A stretch of DNA of 59,924 nucleotides from Bacteroidota bacterium (GCA_039714415.1 JBDLJL010000005.1:1-59924), one strand, 5' to 3'; shown: positions 38,014-49,137, counted from the stretch's first letter. Translations and numbers: made by a program. The notes: a model not told the origin generated them from the sequence alone.

Positions 38014-38598
38014 TTATGCTTTACTATTAATTCTGTTCGAAATGGCAATAAGGTAACCAAGTACAATAAATGCTCCTGGCGCAAGCACAAAGACCAGCAT
38101 TCCATCGCCTTCATAAAAGTTAAAACCAAACAAAGCACCACTACCTAATATTTCTCGGATTCCACCAAGAATGGTTAATGCCAGTGCAAAGCCTAAGCCC
38201 ATTCCAAATCCATCAAAAATTGAATCAAAAATATTACTTTTAGATGCGAAAGCTTCTGCACGACCCAGGATTAGGCAGTTTACCACAATTAAGGGGATAA
38301 ATAAGCCTAACACTTCGAATAGGTCTGGTAAAAAGGCTTGCATAGTCAATTCAACAACGGTAACAAATGTGGCAATAATTACAATAAATGCAGGTATCCT
38401 TACTTTATCTGGAATCAGGCTCTTTACTAAAGATACTACAATGTTGGACATTACCAATACAAATGTCGTTGCAAGGCCCATTGCCAAACCATTTATGGCA
38501 GAAGTTGTGGTGCCAAGAGTAGGACACAAGCCCAGGAAGAGAACAAAAACAGCATTTTCTTTAATAAAACCTTTTGTGAAAATATTTAGCTTACTCAT
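38014..38598 (-). CDS. rnfE: Rnf electron transport complex subunit E
   Basis: LGLCPTLGTTT motif. RnfA paralog in the expected position. Confidence 0.9.
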   Translation of the reverse strand: MSKLNIFTKGFIKENAVFVLFLGLCPTLGTTTSAINGLAMGLATTFVLVMSNIVVSLVKSLIPDKVRIPAFIVIIATFVTVVELTMQAFLPDLFEVLGLFIPLIVVNCLILGRAEAFASKSNIFDSIFDGFGMGLGFALALTILGGIREILGSGALFGFNFYEGDGMLVFVLAPGAFIVLGYLIAISNRINSKA

Positions 38599-38644
38599 AT
38601 TTTTATTGTTTATATATCAATACAATAAATTATTTTATTTTATT

Positions 38645-39229
38645 TTATTTTTGGTTTGCCATCAGTGCTTTATATGCTCGATCAACAGCGTCTGTATAGG
38701 CTCGGGATGAGATTGTGGCGGCAGTAATTGCATCCACATTCCCTCCGTCTTTTGTAACGGTTAGTTTATAGTTTGCAGGATTTTTTCCATTAAACTGTTC
38801 GCTCCATTTTGATTTTTTCTTATCCATTTTATCACCTAGTCCAGGAGTTTCTGCATGTTCCAGAACGCTTATGTTGTGAATAGTTCCATCGGGTAAAAAA
38901 CCAACCATTATATAAATTCGTTTAGTAAAGCCTAAATCGCTAAATGTTTTGATTGCGGTTCCGGTTAAAACCGAGTCTTTATATGAGGGGTAAAACTCAA
39001 GGCTGTCACCCTCAATATCTGATGCAATTAAATACATATCTTCATTAGGGTTGTTGGTGAATTCCGGAACAACCTTTTCAATTGCAGCAATTTTTTTCTT
39101 AAGTTTTGCTTCAGCAATTGGTCCCTTTGTAAATTCATACACATAACCTAATGTTGTTGCGGAAATAAATGATACAACAAATAGGGCAATAAGCATATTT
39201 CGTAATGTAGATTCTGTTTTACTAGCCAT
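38645..39229 (-). CDS. rnfG: Rnf electron transport complex subunit G (FMN-binding)
   Basis: FMN attachment motif DAITAATISSRA. N-terminal anchor. Confidence 0.9.
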   Translation of the reverse strand: MASKTESTLRNMLIALFVVSFISATTLGYVYEFTKGPIAEAKLKKKIAAIEKVVPEFTNNPNEDMYLIASDIEGDSLEFYPSYKDSVLTGTAIKTFSDLGFTKRIYIMVGFLPDGTIHNISVLEHAETPGLGDKMDKKKSKWSEQFNGKNPANYKLTVTKDGGNVDAITAATISSRAYTDAVDRAYKALMANQK

Positions 39230-40289
39230 TTTTAATTACCTCCCCAAATCGTTTAGGTTTAACATACATATTAATAAGTGGTACAAACGCATTCATTATC
39301 AGTATTGCAAATGAAACACCTTCAGGATATGCACCAAAAAGTCTGATAACAACTGTCAATAAACCAATTCCAACACCAAAAATCAACATGCCTTTTGTTG
39401 TCATAGGTGATGTTACATAATCCGTGGCCATAAATACAGCACCAAGCAAAACACCACCCGTTAATACATGATAAATTGGGTTAGCATATTTAACAGGGTC
39501 TATTAACCAGAAAATACCTGTTAAGATTACGATGCTTCCAATCATTGAGACAGGTATGTGCCAGGTAATCACCTTTTTATACAGCATCCAGATTAAGCCT
39601 ATAATAATTGCAATTCCGGCAACTTCACCAAGTGAACCACCAATATTACCAATAAACATTTGTAAGTTGGACGGGATCTGCTCCATAAGTTCAGCAACGG
39701 GTTCACCATTTCTTAAACCCTCTTTCATTACACCAAGGGGTGTAGCTCCGGTTAATGCATCAAGTCTTTGGTCGCCCAACATTTTTACCATCTCGCCTTC
39801 TATTTCAACTTCTTTAACCGAAGACAACCAGTTAGTAAATCTTGTTACACCAGGCAATGGCCAGCTGGTCATTTGAACAGGAAATGATATTAAAAGAAAT
39901 ACCCGGCCAACCAATGCGGGATTAAAAGGATTATTTCCTAATCCTCCAAATGACATTTTAGCCACCCCAATAGCTACAAAAGCGCCAATGATAATAATAA
40001 TAATAGGTAAATTGCTCGGGACATTAAATGCTAATAGCAAACCGGTTATTATTGCAGAGCCATCCATCAATGATGGTTCTTTCTTTAATATAAATTTTGT
40101 AATCAGATATTCAAAAACCAGAGCGGAAACCACTGATGTTAAAATAACGATCAAGGCACCAATTCCAAAAAAATACAACGATACAATTGTTGTTGGAATT
40201 AATGCAATCAGCACCCCATACATTAAGGATTTTATCGTATCCTTACCATAATTATGAGGTGATGGGGAAACAGTTAATAATTTGCTCAT
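39222..40289 (-). CDS. rnfD: Rnf electron transport complex subunit D
   Basis: TGATPL and SPMT (FMN-linked Thr) motifs. Polytopic. 8-nt overlap with rnfG. Confidence 0.9.
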   Translation of the reverse strand: MSKLLTVSPSPHNYGKDTIKSLMYGVLIALIPTTIVSLYFFGIGALIVILTSVVSALVFEYLITKFILKKEPSLMDGSAIITGLLLAFNVPSNLPIIIIIIGAFVAIGVAKMSFGGLGNNPFNPALVGRVFLLISFPVQMTSWPLPGVTRFTNWLSSVKEVEIEGEMVKMLGDQRLDALTGATPLGVMKEGLRNGEPVAELMEQIPSNLQMFIGNIGGSLGEVAGIAIIIGLIWMLYKKVITWHIPVSMIGSIVILTGIFWLIDPVKYANPIYHVLTGGVLLGAVFMATDYVTSPMTTKGMLIFGVGIGLLTVVIRLFGAYPEGVSFAILIMNAFVPLINMYVKPKRFGEVIKNG

Positions 40290-40381
40290 ATATATACTGT
40301 GTTAATTATAATTAGTATTCATATATTAGTCATTGTTAACTAGTGATAATCACGAATAATCCAATTACTAATACTGAATTT

Positions 40382-41713
40382 TTATGCTTTTCTTGACCTG
40401 ATAATTTTCCCAACTTCAGCTTTTCCTAACCTTATATAATCTAATAAAGGCCTGTTTGAAGGACAGGTATAACTGCATGAACCGCATTCAATACAGTCCA
40501 TAGCTTGTTCAGTTTCAGCTCTTTCGTAATTTTGTTGTTCGGTAACGGTCATTAAAAGATAAGGTTCAAGCCCCATTGGACAAACCGAAACACATTTTGC
40601 ACATCTGATACAATCCTGAATTATTCCTCTGCGTGATTCTCCTTCAGGAATAATTAAAACACCTGAAGTACCTTTGGTCATAGGAACTTCTATTGTATTT
40701 AGTGCTTTACCCATCATTGGTCCACCACTGATAACTTTTCCAGTATCTTCAGGCAAACCTCCTGCAGCTTCAATAAGCTCAGATATAGATGTACCTACCC
40801 GTGTCATATAATTAGATGGCTTTTTAACCGATTTCCCAGTTACAGTAACAACCCTTTCAAAAAGAGGTTTGTTTTTCTGTATTGCTTCATAAACGGCATA
40901 AGCGGTTCCAACATTATGAACAACAGCTCCAACAGCAATGGGTAAACCTCCTGAAGGAACTTCCCTGTTGATTACTGCTTTAATAAGTTGCTTTTCTCCT
41001 CCTTGAGGATATTGGACTTTTAAAGCCTGTATCTCAATTCCTTCATAGTTTTTTGCCAGATATGAAAGGTGTTTAATGGCATCCTCTTTATTGTTTTCAA
41101 TGCCAATAATGGCTTTTTTAACATTCAGGGCTTTCATCAGGATTTTTGTCCCAACCATTAACTCATCACCTTTTTCAAGCATTAACCTGTGATCAGCTGT
41201 TAAATATGGCTCACATTCAACCCCATTAATGATAAGTATTTCAGCGGTCATTCCTTTAGGGACAGATAGTTTTACTTGTGATGGAAATGTAGCACCACCT
41301 AATCCAACAATACCTGACTCACCTACTTTTTTTATTATTTCTTCACTACTAAGATTAAATTCTTTTAATAATCCGGGGTCACGATCAATACTTTCTTCCC
41401 ATTCGTCGCCATCAACCTGTATAATAATTGATTGCTTTTTATAACCACTGCTATCCATCATCGAATCAACTTTTATCACTTTTCCTGATACTGAAGAATG
41501 GATATTAGCCGATACAAAACCCGAACTTTTTGCAATTACCTGACCGGTTTTAACCAGATCATTTTTTGTGACAACAGGTGTTGATGGTGCACCAATATGT
41601 TGTGATATTGGAATGGTTACCATTTTGGGTAGTGCCATTTGTTCTATTGCCTGTACTGCTGAAAATTTGTTTTCTGGTGGGTGTACACCACCTTTTGAAA
41701 ATGTTTTTAACAT
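40382..41713 (-). CDS. rnfC: Rnf electron transport complex subunit C
   Basis: Two ferredoxin motifs, CIRCAKCVSVCP and CIECGSCSYTCP. NADH-binding-type N-terminal half. Confidence 0.9.
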   Translation of the reverse strand: MLKTFSKGGVHPPENKFSAVQAIEQMALPKMVTIPISQHIGAPSTPVVTKNDLVKTGQVIAKSSGFVSANIHSSVSGKVIKVDSMMDSSGYKKQSIIIQVDGDEWEESIDRDPGLLKEFNLSSEEIIKKVGESGIVGLGGATFPSQVKLSVPKGMTAEILIINGVECEPYLTADHRLMLEKGDELMVGTKILMKALNVKKAIIGIENNKEDAIKHLSYLAKNYEGIEIQALKVQYPQGGEKQLIKAVINREVPSGGLPIAVGAVVHNVGTAYAVYEAIQKNKPLFERVVTVTGKSVKKPSNYMTRVGTSISELIEAAGGLPEDTGKVISGGPMMGKALNTIEVPMTKGTSGVLIIPEGESRRGIIQDCIRCAKCVSVCPMGLEPYLLMTVTEQQNYERAETEQAMDCIECGSCSYTCPSNRPLLDYIRLGKAEVGKIIRSRKA

Positions 41714-41740
41714 CAGCTATATAATTTATTTAAGTTAATA

Positions 41741-42700
41741 TTATTCTTTTTCTTTTATTTCATTTTGTGTGTTGTCCTCATCCTTATTTTTCTTTGCTAA
41801 ATTTACAAGATCAGGATTATCATTCACAACAATGTTCTTTTTTGCTACGGGCTTTTTCTCTGTATCTTTTTTAATTTTCCTTGGCGGGAAATTAATTTCA
41901 TGTATGGCATTTGTCGGGCATACCGAAACACATTTTCTACATAAAACACATTTAGTATAATCAATATATGCCAGGAAGTTTTCAATTTTTATTGCATCAA
42001 ACTTACATTCTTTTTCGCACATTTTACAGCCAATACATGCAACGCTGCAATTCTTTTTTGCTACCCCGCCTTTATCCTCATTAATACACGAAACAAAAAT
42101 TCTTCGATCTTTTTTCCCCTGGTTCCTTAGTTCAATTATATCTTTAGGACACGCCCTGACACAATCACCACAGGCAGTACATTTATCTTGAATTACTACC
42201 GGAAGACCAGTTTTATCATCCATGTACATGGCATCAAAAGTACAGGCATCAACACATTCGCCAAGGCCTAAACAACCATATTGACAACCCGTATCGCCGC
42301 TGTATAGGTTTGATACGATTGTGCAATTAGCTGCACCATCGTAATTATTTGTTTTTGGTCTGTACTCGAATGAACCAGAACATCTGATTACAGCAACCTG
42401 AGGTGTTTTTTCAACAGCTTCTTTACCTAATATTCCAGCAACGTCTTTCATAGTATCATTGCCACCTACAGGACAAAATAAATCACCTAAATCTTCTGCT
42501 TTTACACAAGCTTCGGCAAAATTCCTACAACCCGGGTAACCACAACCCCCACAATTTGCACTTGGTAAGGCATCCTCAATATCATCAATCCTTGGATCTT
42601 CAACTACATGGAATTTTTTAGCAGCTAAATATAATATAATGGCTGCAATAATTCCTATAGCACTTACTGTAATAATTGTATATATAACTATATCACTCAT
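41741..42700 (-). CDS. rnfB: Rnf electron transport complex subunit B (polyferredoxin)
   Basis: N-terminal TM plus CGGCGYPGC, then several CxxCxxCxxxCP clusters. Confidence 0.9.
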   Translation of the reverse strand: MSDIVIYTIITVSAIGIIAAIILYLAAKKFHVVEDPRIDDIEDALPSANCGGCGYPGCRNFAEACVKAEDLGDLFCPVGGNDTMKDVAGILGKEAVEKTPQVAVIRCSGSFEYRPKTNNYDGAANCTIVSNLYSGDTGCQYGCLGLGECVDACTFDAMYMDDKTGLPVVIQDKCTACGDCVRACPKDIIELRNQGKKDRRIFVSCINEDKGGVAKKNCSVACIGCKMCEKECKFDAIKIENFLAYIDYTKCVLCRKCVSVCPTNAIHEINFPPRKIKKDTEKKPVAKKNIVVNDNPDLVNLAKKNKDEDNTQNEIKEKE

Positions 42701-42776
42701 AATGAATTATTTTCATTGTTTGTTTTTTTAACTTTTGTTGCCATATGGAACCATCCCGAAAAAACAGGGACTTGTT

Positions 42777-43235
42777 TCAAAAATTTAATTCAGCATTCTT
42801 TAATATTTGATCGGTATGGATTTTTCTTATTGAAAAAGAAAAAGTCTTTTTTATTTTTTTGTTTAAAAAAAAGATAATTGTGTAATATGGAACCAAACTA
42901 CCTAAAGCCAATAATCCAGATGTACCTTCATCAAGTCCAAATAAAGTGGCAATAATTAAAATAGTCATAAGTACTATAAAAGGAAGGAGGTAGCCTAATA
43001 GCAGTGCCCTGAAACCAAGAGATTCTTTAAAAAAAACAAACACCTGTTCACCAACTTTATATACATCATTGAATTTCCTGACCTCAATTTCTTTTTCTTC
43101 AATTTCTGAAGCGGAACAAGAACCCTTTGCTTCACAAGAAGCACAGCTTGAATTAGTAATTATGCTAATAATCAATTTGTCTTTATCTGCTTCTTTTACA
43201 ATACCCTTATGTTCGATTGTTTTAATACTGTTCAT
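42777..43235 (-). CDS. rseC: RseC/MucC-family (SoxR-reducing system) protein
   Basis: Cys-rich N-terminus CASCEAKGSC followed by two TM helices. Canonical position upstream of rnfB. Confidence 0.8.
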   Translation of the reverse strand: MNSIKTIEHKGIVKEADKDKLIISIITNSSCASCEAKGSCSASEIEEKEIEVRKFNDVYKVGEQVFVFFKESLGFRALLLGYLLPFIVLMTILIIATLFGLDEGTSGLLALGSLVPYYTIIFFLNKKIKKTFSFSIRKIHTDQILKNAELNF

Positions 43236-43738
43236 TATTTTTTTTCAAAAAGATGTGCAAATTTAAATATGTTAAAAAAAAACACATATTATTTTGAGTA
43301 GTTTTTAAGTATGATTTACTAATTTATACCGAATATAAATAGTAGAACTTTGATTTCCAGTAATATCCCTGTAAATGAATGAAATGTTGTATTATATGAG
43401 ATATTGATCCCAACTGTTAAAAATAGTATTTGACTAATAGATTTAATTATTGCTGACATTGCAAAATATTTTTAATTTTGGGGGAATAAGTATTCATAAC
43501 TATATTTGTTATTACGGATTGGCAAAATAATTGTAGATTCAGTGATATAAAGTTAATAATAAATAAAAAAGAGAGTATCTGTATTTCAAAAGTAAAACAA
43601 AAAGATGAATAATTATTTCGATTATCTAAATGACTATAATAACAATTTAAAATATAAGTAATAAAACTAATAATTAAGAATAAATATCTTTAAATTTCAG
43701 TTAAATACAAACAATAAAAGTAATTAAAAAATAGACGT

Positions 43739-44779
43739 ATGAAAAAGCTTGGTATTTTTACATTTTTATTTTTGTCTGCATTTTTGTTCCAAACGGAATT
43801 AATTTATGCGCAATCTGGTGATGATGTATTTTCATTTATGGAAGAGTATCTTACTGGTGACGAGGCAAGTCAGATAGACAGGGCGAAATCGAGTATTAGC
43901 AAGGCAGATAAATTGAACTCTAGTATAAGGACAGAGGATAAGAAAATTGAAAAGTATTTAAAAAAGAAAAAGAAGAAAGCCGAGAAAAAATCGGTTGATG
44001 TCAAGGTGTTAAGAATAAAACAAGCCTTGTATTATGATAAAGGTTATTCACTGGTTTATAATGTTTATAATGAAAAAATTAGTGAGTCTACATTTTTATA
44101 CAGTAATGATGAAGCAAGAGTAAATAATCTGCTTGAGGAGGCTGCAACTGATGTTTCAGCAGCAAAAAGAAAATTGAAGCCCTATAGGAAACCTACCTCA
44201 AAGGATTTAAAAAAGAAGTATACATACTCAAAACTTAAAAGTGATTTATCTTCATTAGTTAATTTGGAAATTTCAGCCATAAATAAACTGATTGAAGCTT
44301 ATTCAATTTATTTGGATCAGGAGTCTAAAAAGCAATTGGAAGAAGAGGAAAAAAGGGTTTGGGATAATGCTCTTAGTGAAAACTCTAGTCTTGCCTTTCA
44401 AAATTATTTAGATGAGTATCCAAATGGGAAGTATGCTTCTGATGCACGACAGAGAGTTAATGAACTTGAAGCTGAAGAGGCTCGATTGGCACAGGCAAAT
44501 CTTGACAAGCAAAGAAGTTTGGCCGGACTTGTTTTTGAAGTTCAAATTGCTGCTTCAAGAAAACAAATTCCAAGTTGGCGACTTGCTAAATTCTATCGTG
44601 CAAAAGATGAAATAAAAATGAAGCATTATGATAATTGGTACAAATACTCTGTTGGTGATTTTAAATCTTATGAACAAGCAAAATCTTTTGTTAAAACACT
44701 CAAAGTTAGAGGTGCTTTTGTAGTAGCTTATAAAAACAATCAGAAAATTGATATTAAAGAGGCTATTTCCGGAAATTAA
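43739..44779 (+). CDS. Secreted coiled-coil protein with a C-terminal SPOR (peptidoglycan-binding) domain
   Basis: Signal peptide. YbgF-like segment AFQNYLDEYPNGKYASDARQRV. SPOR-like C-terminus FEVQIAASRKQ...YKYSVGDFKSYEQAKSFVKTLK. Confidence 0.75.
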   Translation: MKKLGIFTFLFLSAFLFQTELIYAQSGDDVFSFMEEYLTGDEASQIDRAKSSISKADKLNSSIRTEDKKIEKYLKKKKKKAEKKSVDVKVLRIKQALYYDKGYSLVYNVYNEKISESTFLYSNDEARVNNLLEEAATDVSAAKRKLKPYRKPTSKDLKKKYTYSKLKSDLSSLVNLEISAINKLIEAYSIYLDQESKKQLEEEEKRVWDNALSENSSLAFQNYLDEYPNGKYASDARQRVNELEAEEARLAQANLDKQRSLAGLVFEVQIAASRKQIPSWRLAKFYRAKDEIKMKHYDNWYKYSVGDFKSYEQAKSFVKTLKVRGAFVVAYKNNQKIDIKEAISGN

Positions 44780-44804
44780 TTATTTATTTATAGTTTATAT
44801 TGTA

Positions 44805-46874
44805 ATGCATGCTAGAATGAGGTTTCGTAAAGAAATAAAATTAGTTGTATTGTTGGGGGCTCTTTTTTTTTACGGGACATTAATGTTTGGTCAGGTTGTA
44901 AAATCGATTGGTTTACCAATTGATTTTACTGACGCCAATGAATTTGATCCGGTATTAAGTAATAGTGGAGATAAACTTGCCTTTATTTCTGATAAAACAG
45001 GCAAATACAAGATTTATATTAGTCATCTGGAAAATGAAAAATGGGCTGAACCTCAGAGTATTGATGCAATAAATCAATTTGCAGGCGGGCAAGGCAATAT
45101 AAATTACCCCTCTTTTAATTATGATGCTAGTGTAATTTATTTTGAAGCAGATTATAATAAAGACTCATCAGGTGTTGATATCTTTTATTCAAAAAAAGTG
45201 AATGGAAACTGGTCAGAACCCATAAGTATTGGTACCCCTGTTAACACACTTGCATATGATGGGCAGCCATCTATTTCATTAGATGATAATAGTTTGTATT
45301 TTGCAAGAAACAACCCAAAGGCTGAGCAAAAAGATTTTATTTGCAATAGCATATATGTTGCAAAAAAAAACATTGTAGATCAGACCTGGTTGGATCCTGT
45401 AAAATTGCCAATTCCAATTAATATCGATTGTGAACAAGCTCCAAAAATAGCACTTGATAATAGAACACTTTATTATTCTTCAGTAAGGGAAGGTGGTAAA
45501 GGTGAATTTGACATATACAAAACAAAATTAATAGCTAAAAACGTCTGGATACCTGCTGAAAATATTGATACAGTAAATACAGAATATAATGATTTTGCAC
45601 CAAGTGTTTCTTTTGATTCAAATATGGCATATTATTCAATTAGCCAGGTTCTTAAAAAGAATACTGTAAGTAAAATATATAACTCTACTATTCCATTACA
45701 ATTCCTGCCGGGAAAAAGTGTGTTACTCAAAGGAGTTATCCGCAACCTAAGCACAAAGGCGCCGTTACAAGTTGATATTAAGGTAAATGATCCATATACA
45801 TCAAGGCTTTTATATAGTTTTAAAAGTGATGCTCAAACAGGAGCCTATGAAATTTTTCTACCACAAGGTAATGAATATCAAATTGATTATCAAAAAGAGA
45901 AATATTCACATTATTTTCATACGATGGACCTGAAAAATATCAGGAAAAATATGGTTGTTACCAAAAATGTTGAACTTTTTCCAGAGATTAACCTTTTGCT
46001 CAATGTTTTTGATGATGAGATTTATGGATCAGTTGAGGCTGAAATTCAAGTCAGGGATATAGACAGCGTTTTACTTGGAATCCCAATTGAAAAGGTGAAA
46101 AATGGCAGATATAAATTTAAGCTTCCTGTTGGTGGTGAATATAAAATTTACGTTTTAGCAGATTATTTTGAACAATATAATTTTAGTTTTAATCTAAATG
46201 AGATTGTCCAGTTTGATGAATTTGAAAAAGATGTTGAATTATCAGCGAAAAAAATTGATTTTGAGATAAGTGTTTCTGATGAAGATACTCAGGCTGGCAT
46301 ACCGGTTGAAGTAGTTATAACTAATTTAGATAATAATGAAGTAATCAGAACAACGGCGGAGGTTGATAGCGAAGGGGAATATATTATTAAATTGAGGGAA
46401 GGTGACCGCTATAATGTAAGTGTGAGCCCGAAAGGTTATTCTTTTTACAATACAACGGTTGACTTGAAAAAAAAGGAAGCACCAAAAAAACTGGAAGTCA
46501 AGCTTAAGCAGTTAAAAGAAGACACAAAATTAACTTTGAATGATATTACATTTGAAACCAACTCAGCTGACTTAAATGAGAGTTCTTATTTAGAGCTAAA
46601 TAGGGTTGTAAAACTAATGATGGATAATCCGGATATTAAAATTGAAATTTCTGCACATACAGATGATGCCGGCTCTAATAGTTATAATATCAGACTTTCA
46701 AAGAGAAGAGCCAAGTCGGTTGTTTTGTATATGCTTGATTCTAATATTGATCCTAATAGATTAATTTCTAAAGGTTACGGTGAGTCAAATCCCTTGGTTC
46801 CCAATGATTCTGATGATCATAAAGCAATGAACAGGCGGGTTGAATTGAAAATATTGGAGGTTGAAAAATCTTAA
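44805..46874 (+). CDS. TolB-like (PD40 repeat) / carboxypeptidase-regulatory-like / OmpA-domain protein
   Basis: PD40-type repeats (SGDKLAFISDKTGKYKIY, LYFARN, LYYSSVREGGKGEFDIY). C-terminal OmpA domain (SAHTDDAGSNSYNIRLSKRRAKSV, NRRVELKIL). The start is at 44805 or 44817. Confidence 0.85.
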   Translation: MHARMRFRKEIKLVVLLGALFFYGTLMFGQVVKSIGLPIDFTDANEFDPVLSNSGDKLAFISDKTGKYKIYISHLENEKWAEPQSIDAINQFAGGQGNINYPSFNYDASVIYFEADYNKDSSGVDIFYSKKVNGNWSEPISIGTPVNTLAYDGQPSISLDDNSLYFARNNPKAEQKDFICNSIYVAKKNIVDQTWLDPVKLPIPINIDCEQAPKIALDNRTLYYSSVREGGKGEFDIYKTKLIAKNVWIPAENIDTVNTEYNDFAPSVSFDSNMAYYSISQVLKKNTVSKIYNSTIPLQFLPGKSVLLKGVIRNLSTKAPLQVDIKVNDPYTSRLLYSFKSDAQTGAYEIFLPQGNEYQIDYQKEKYSHYFHTMDLKNIRKNMVVTKNVELFPEINLLLNVFDDEIYGSVEAEIQVRDIDSVLLGIPIEKVKNGRYKFKLPVGGEYKIYVLADYFEQYNFSFNLNEIVQFDEFEKDVELSAKKIDFEISVSDEDTQAGIPVEVVITNLDNNEVIRTTAEVDSEGEYIIKLREGDRYNVSVSPKGYSFYNTTVDLKKKEAPKKLEVKLKQLKEDTKLTLNDITFETNSADLNESSYLELNRVVKLMMDNPDIKIEISAHTDDAGSNSYNIRLSKRRAKSVVLYMLDSNIDPNRLISKGYGESNPLVPNDSDDHKAMNRRVELKILEVEKS

Positions 46875-46896
46875 TGTTAAAAGAAATTTTAGTACA

Positions 46897-49137
46897 ATGC
46901 ATAAAAAATATTTCATTATTATTTTCCTGATCCTGATTAGTTTTTTTGTGATAAATCCGGTTATAATTGCACAACGGAATCTAAGATATAAAGATGTTTA
47001 TAAGGCCGTTGTCGAAAAAAGTAGAGAGGAGGCTTATTCAATACTTTTAATTTATCAAAAGCAAGATCCTTACTTTCCTAATCCTTATTTTCAATTAGGT
47101 TTAATTGCTAAATATTGGTCAAAGGATTATGATGCCTTAACAGATATTAAAGATGTGAATTTCTTTATCTATAATACAAACTTGTATTTTGGTTTGGCAA
47201 AAGCTAAAATTGATGAAAAAGAAATAAGAAAGAATGATGATTATTATAAGAACGCGAGTAGCTTTAATGAATTAGAAAAACTTAATTTTGAAGATGTTAA
47301 ATCTTATATAAATGAACAAATAGCTGCAAATAATGAATATAAAAGAAACGTTGAAATAGTTACCAATTACTATAATTCAAGCATTGACCACTATAATTAT
47401 TGTATAAAAGTTTTTAAAGAAATTAATCAGGATAATTTAAAAATTAAAGACATTTATATGACGGCTGATGAAGAATTCATTAAAAAGCTTGATGATTTGG
47501 AAAATTCCTTTGACTCAACTATTTATTATCTTCAAAATTACCAAACAGCGATAAAAAACTACCCTATAAAAGAACATAACCAAAAATATCAACTTTATCC
47601 AATTGAAACATATCGGTTACAAGGCTTGACAAGTTCAGATTTTTTAAAAGATAAGATCCATTTATGGGATTATGGAACCTGGGTTAAAGACTTTAAATTA
47701 ATTTTAAATACTGATATAAAACAACTTAGGGGAGATGTTGGCAGGGCAAATAAGGATTTAGACAAACATTTAAAAAGTATTACAAATAGTAATAAGTATA
47801 AAACTGATTTCAAAAAATATAAAGTTGATGAAAAACTAATTAACAGGATTGGTAAATATGATTATAATTCATTGCTAGTATCTCTTTTCAGATATAAAGA
47901 AGCAAAACAAGAATTTTTGGCAAAAAGCAAAGATCCTGTAAATGATGCTTTGGATACTTCCAATATCTTTTCCATGTTTCAAAAAGCCAAATTCTATGAT
48001 GATCTTGTAAAAAGTAAGAACCTTGCTGATAGTATGAATGCTGATTTCCAAATAAGGATCAATAGCTATGATGTGAATAAATATAAACAATTTTTTAAGG
48101 ATAATTATAGTGGTGAAACAGGTTTAAAAAACTATACACAAACTGAATCAGCTTTTCTTAATTCAGAACTTGATTCCGCTTTTTATAATTTCAGAAATTA
48201 TCTGTTAAGGGATATGCTGCATGAAAACAAAATTGTTACTTTACCTTATAGAAAGAATAATATTGAACTGAAAATTGTTAATCAGTTATTTACGGAGGCT
48301 AAACCAGGTAAATTTCATATCACTGCATACAGTAAAGATAATAGCGGGAATTATTATGCCACGGGTTTTATTAAACAAAGAAATCCTGGTGTTTCAGCTT
48401 TTGTATTAAAAACAACTAAATTAGATAATATTGAATGGTTGAAGGTTTATCCAATTGGGAAAACATCTAATGATTTCGGTTCCTTTATTCAGGCAACAGA
48501 GAACGGGTGTGAATTACTTGTTACTTCAATCAGAGGTCCTGAAATAAAAAACCACGTTTTTCGTATGGGGTTAGATGGTAAACAAGCTAGCAAAAAGGAA
48601 GTGAAAACCGGGCTAATACCCCGTTATTTTAATTATGATGAAATAAATGAGAATTATCTGATTGCTTTTAAAGGTTTAAATGTTAACGAATTTGAAAACT
48701 TATCTGATAATCTTATAATTAATGAATATGATGGAACTACTTTAACTGTAAAATGGTCCACGGTATTAAATCTTAAAGGAAGCCTGGTGAACATTATAAA
48801 AATGAACGAGTCATTTTTTGTGTTTACGAATTTTACGAAATTTGCCTCAGGTAGTAATATAATATCCAGTAAAGCGGGAGTTCAAAATACTGAAACAAAC
48901 TCATTGCTTTTCATTCTTAATAATTTTGGGGAGGTGCAAAAAACAGTTCCTTATTTATCTGAATCATCTTTTTTTATAGCTAAAGCAATAAAAATAAATA
49001 GTAATACTATAAATATGGTTGGATTTAATCAACCATTAATCAGTACGCGTACAGCCGTTAAAGAAGATTTTGCCAAGCCTGTTTATTTATTGGTAAATAC
49101 AAATGGTGAAATTTATTATGATAATCGAAAAAATTGA
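46897..49137 (+). CDS. Large secreted hypothetical protein
   Basis: 746 aa from MHKKYFIIIFLILISFFVINPVIIAQ (signal). No motif recognised. Confidence 0.65.
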   Translation: MHKKYFIIIFLILISFFVINPVIIAQRNLRYKDVYKAVVEKSREEAYSILLIYQKQDPYFPNPYFQLGLIAKYWSKDYDALTDIKDVNFFIYNTNLYFGLAKAKIDEKEIRKNDDYYKNASSFNELEKLNFEDVKSYINEQIAANNEYKRNVEIVTNYYNSSIDHYNYCIKVFKEINQDNLKIKDIYMTADEEFIKKLDDLENSFDSTIYYLQNYQTAIKNYPIKEHNQKYQLYPIETYRLQGLTSSDFLKDKIHLWDYGTWVKDFKLILNTDIKQLRGDVGRANKDLDKHLKSITNSNKYKTDFKKYKVDEKLINRIGKYDYNSLLVSLFRYKEAKQEFLAKSKDPVNDALDTSNIFSMFQKAKFYDDLVKSKNLADSMNADFQIRINSYDVNKYKQFFKDNYSGETGLKNYTQTESAFLNSELDSAFYNFRNYLLRDMLHENKIVTLPYRKNNIELKIVNQLFTEAKPGKFHITAYSKDNSGNYYATGFIKQRNPGVSAFVLKTTKLDNIEWLKVYPIGKTSNDFGSFIQATENGCELLVTSIRGPEIKNHVFRMGLDGKQASKKEVKTGLIPRYFNYDEINENYLIAFKGLNVNEFENLSDNLIINEYDGTTLTVKWSTVLNLKGSLVNIIKMNESFFVFTNFTKFASGSNIISSKAGVQNTETNSLLFILNNFGEVQKTVPYLSESSFFIAKAIKINSNTINMVGFNQPLISTRTAVKEDFAKPVYLLVNTNGEIYYDNRKN

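Noticed and set aside
38171-38710. 179-aa plus-strand ORF antisense to rnfE/rnfG
   Set aside because: It is entirely embedded opposite well-supported rnf genes. It is a typical shadow ORF.
37951-40381. TAATTA/ACTAGT-rich tracts in the rnf operon spacers (37961-38013, 40290-40381) and at 18690-18756. Considered as a CRISPR-like or tandem repeat array.
   Set aside because: There is no regular repeat-spacer periodicity, only low-complexity AT-rich words. I found no CRISPR array, tRNA or rRNA signature anywhere in the window.
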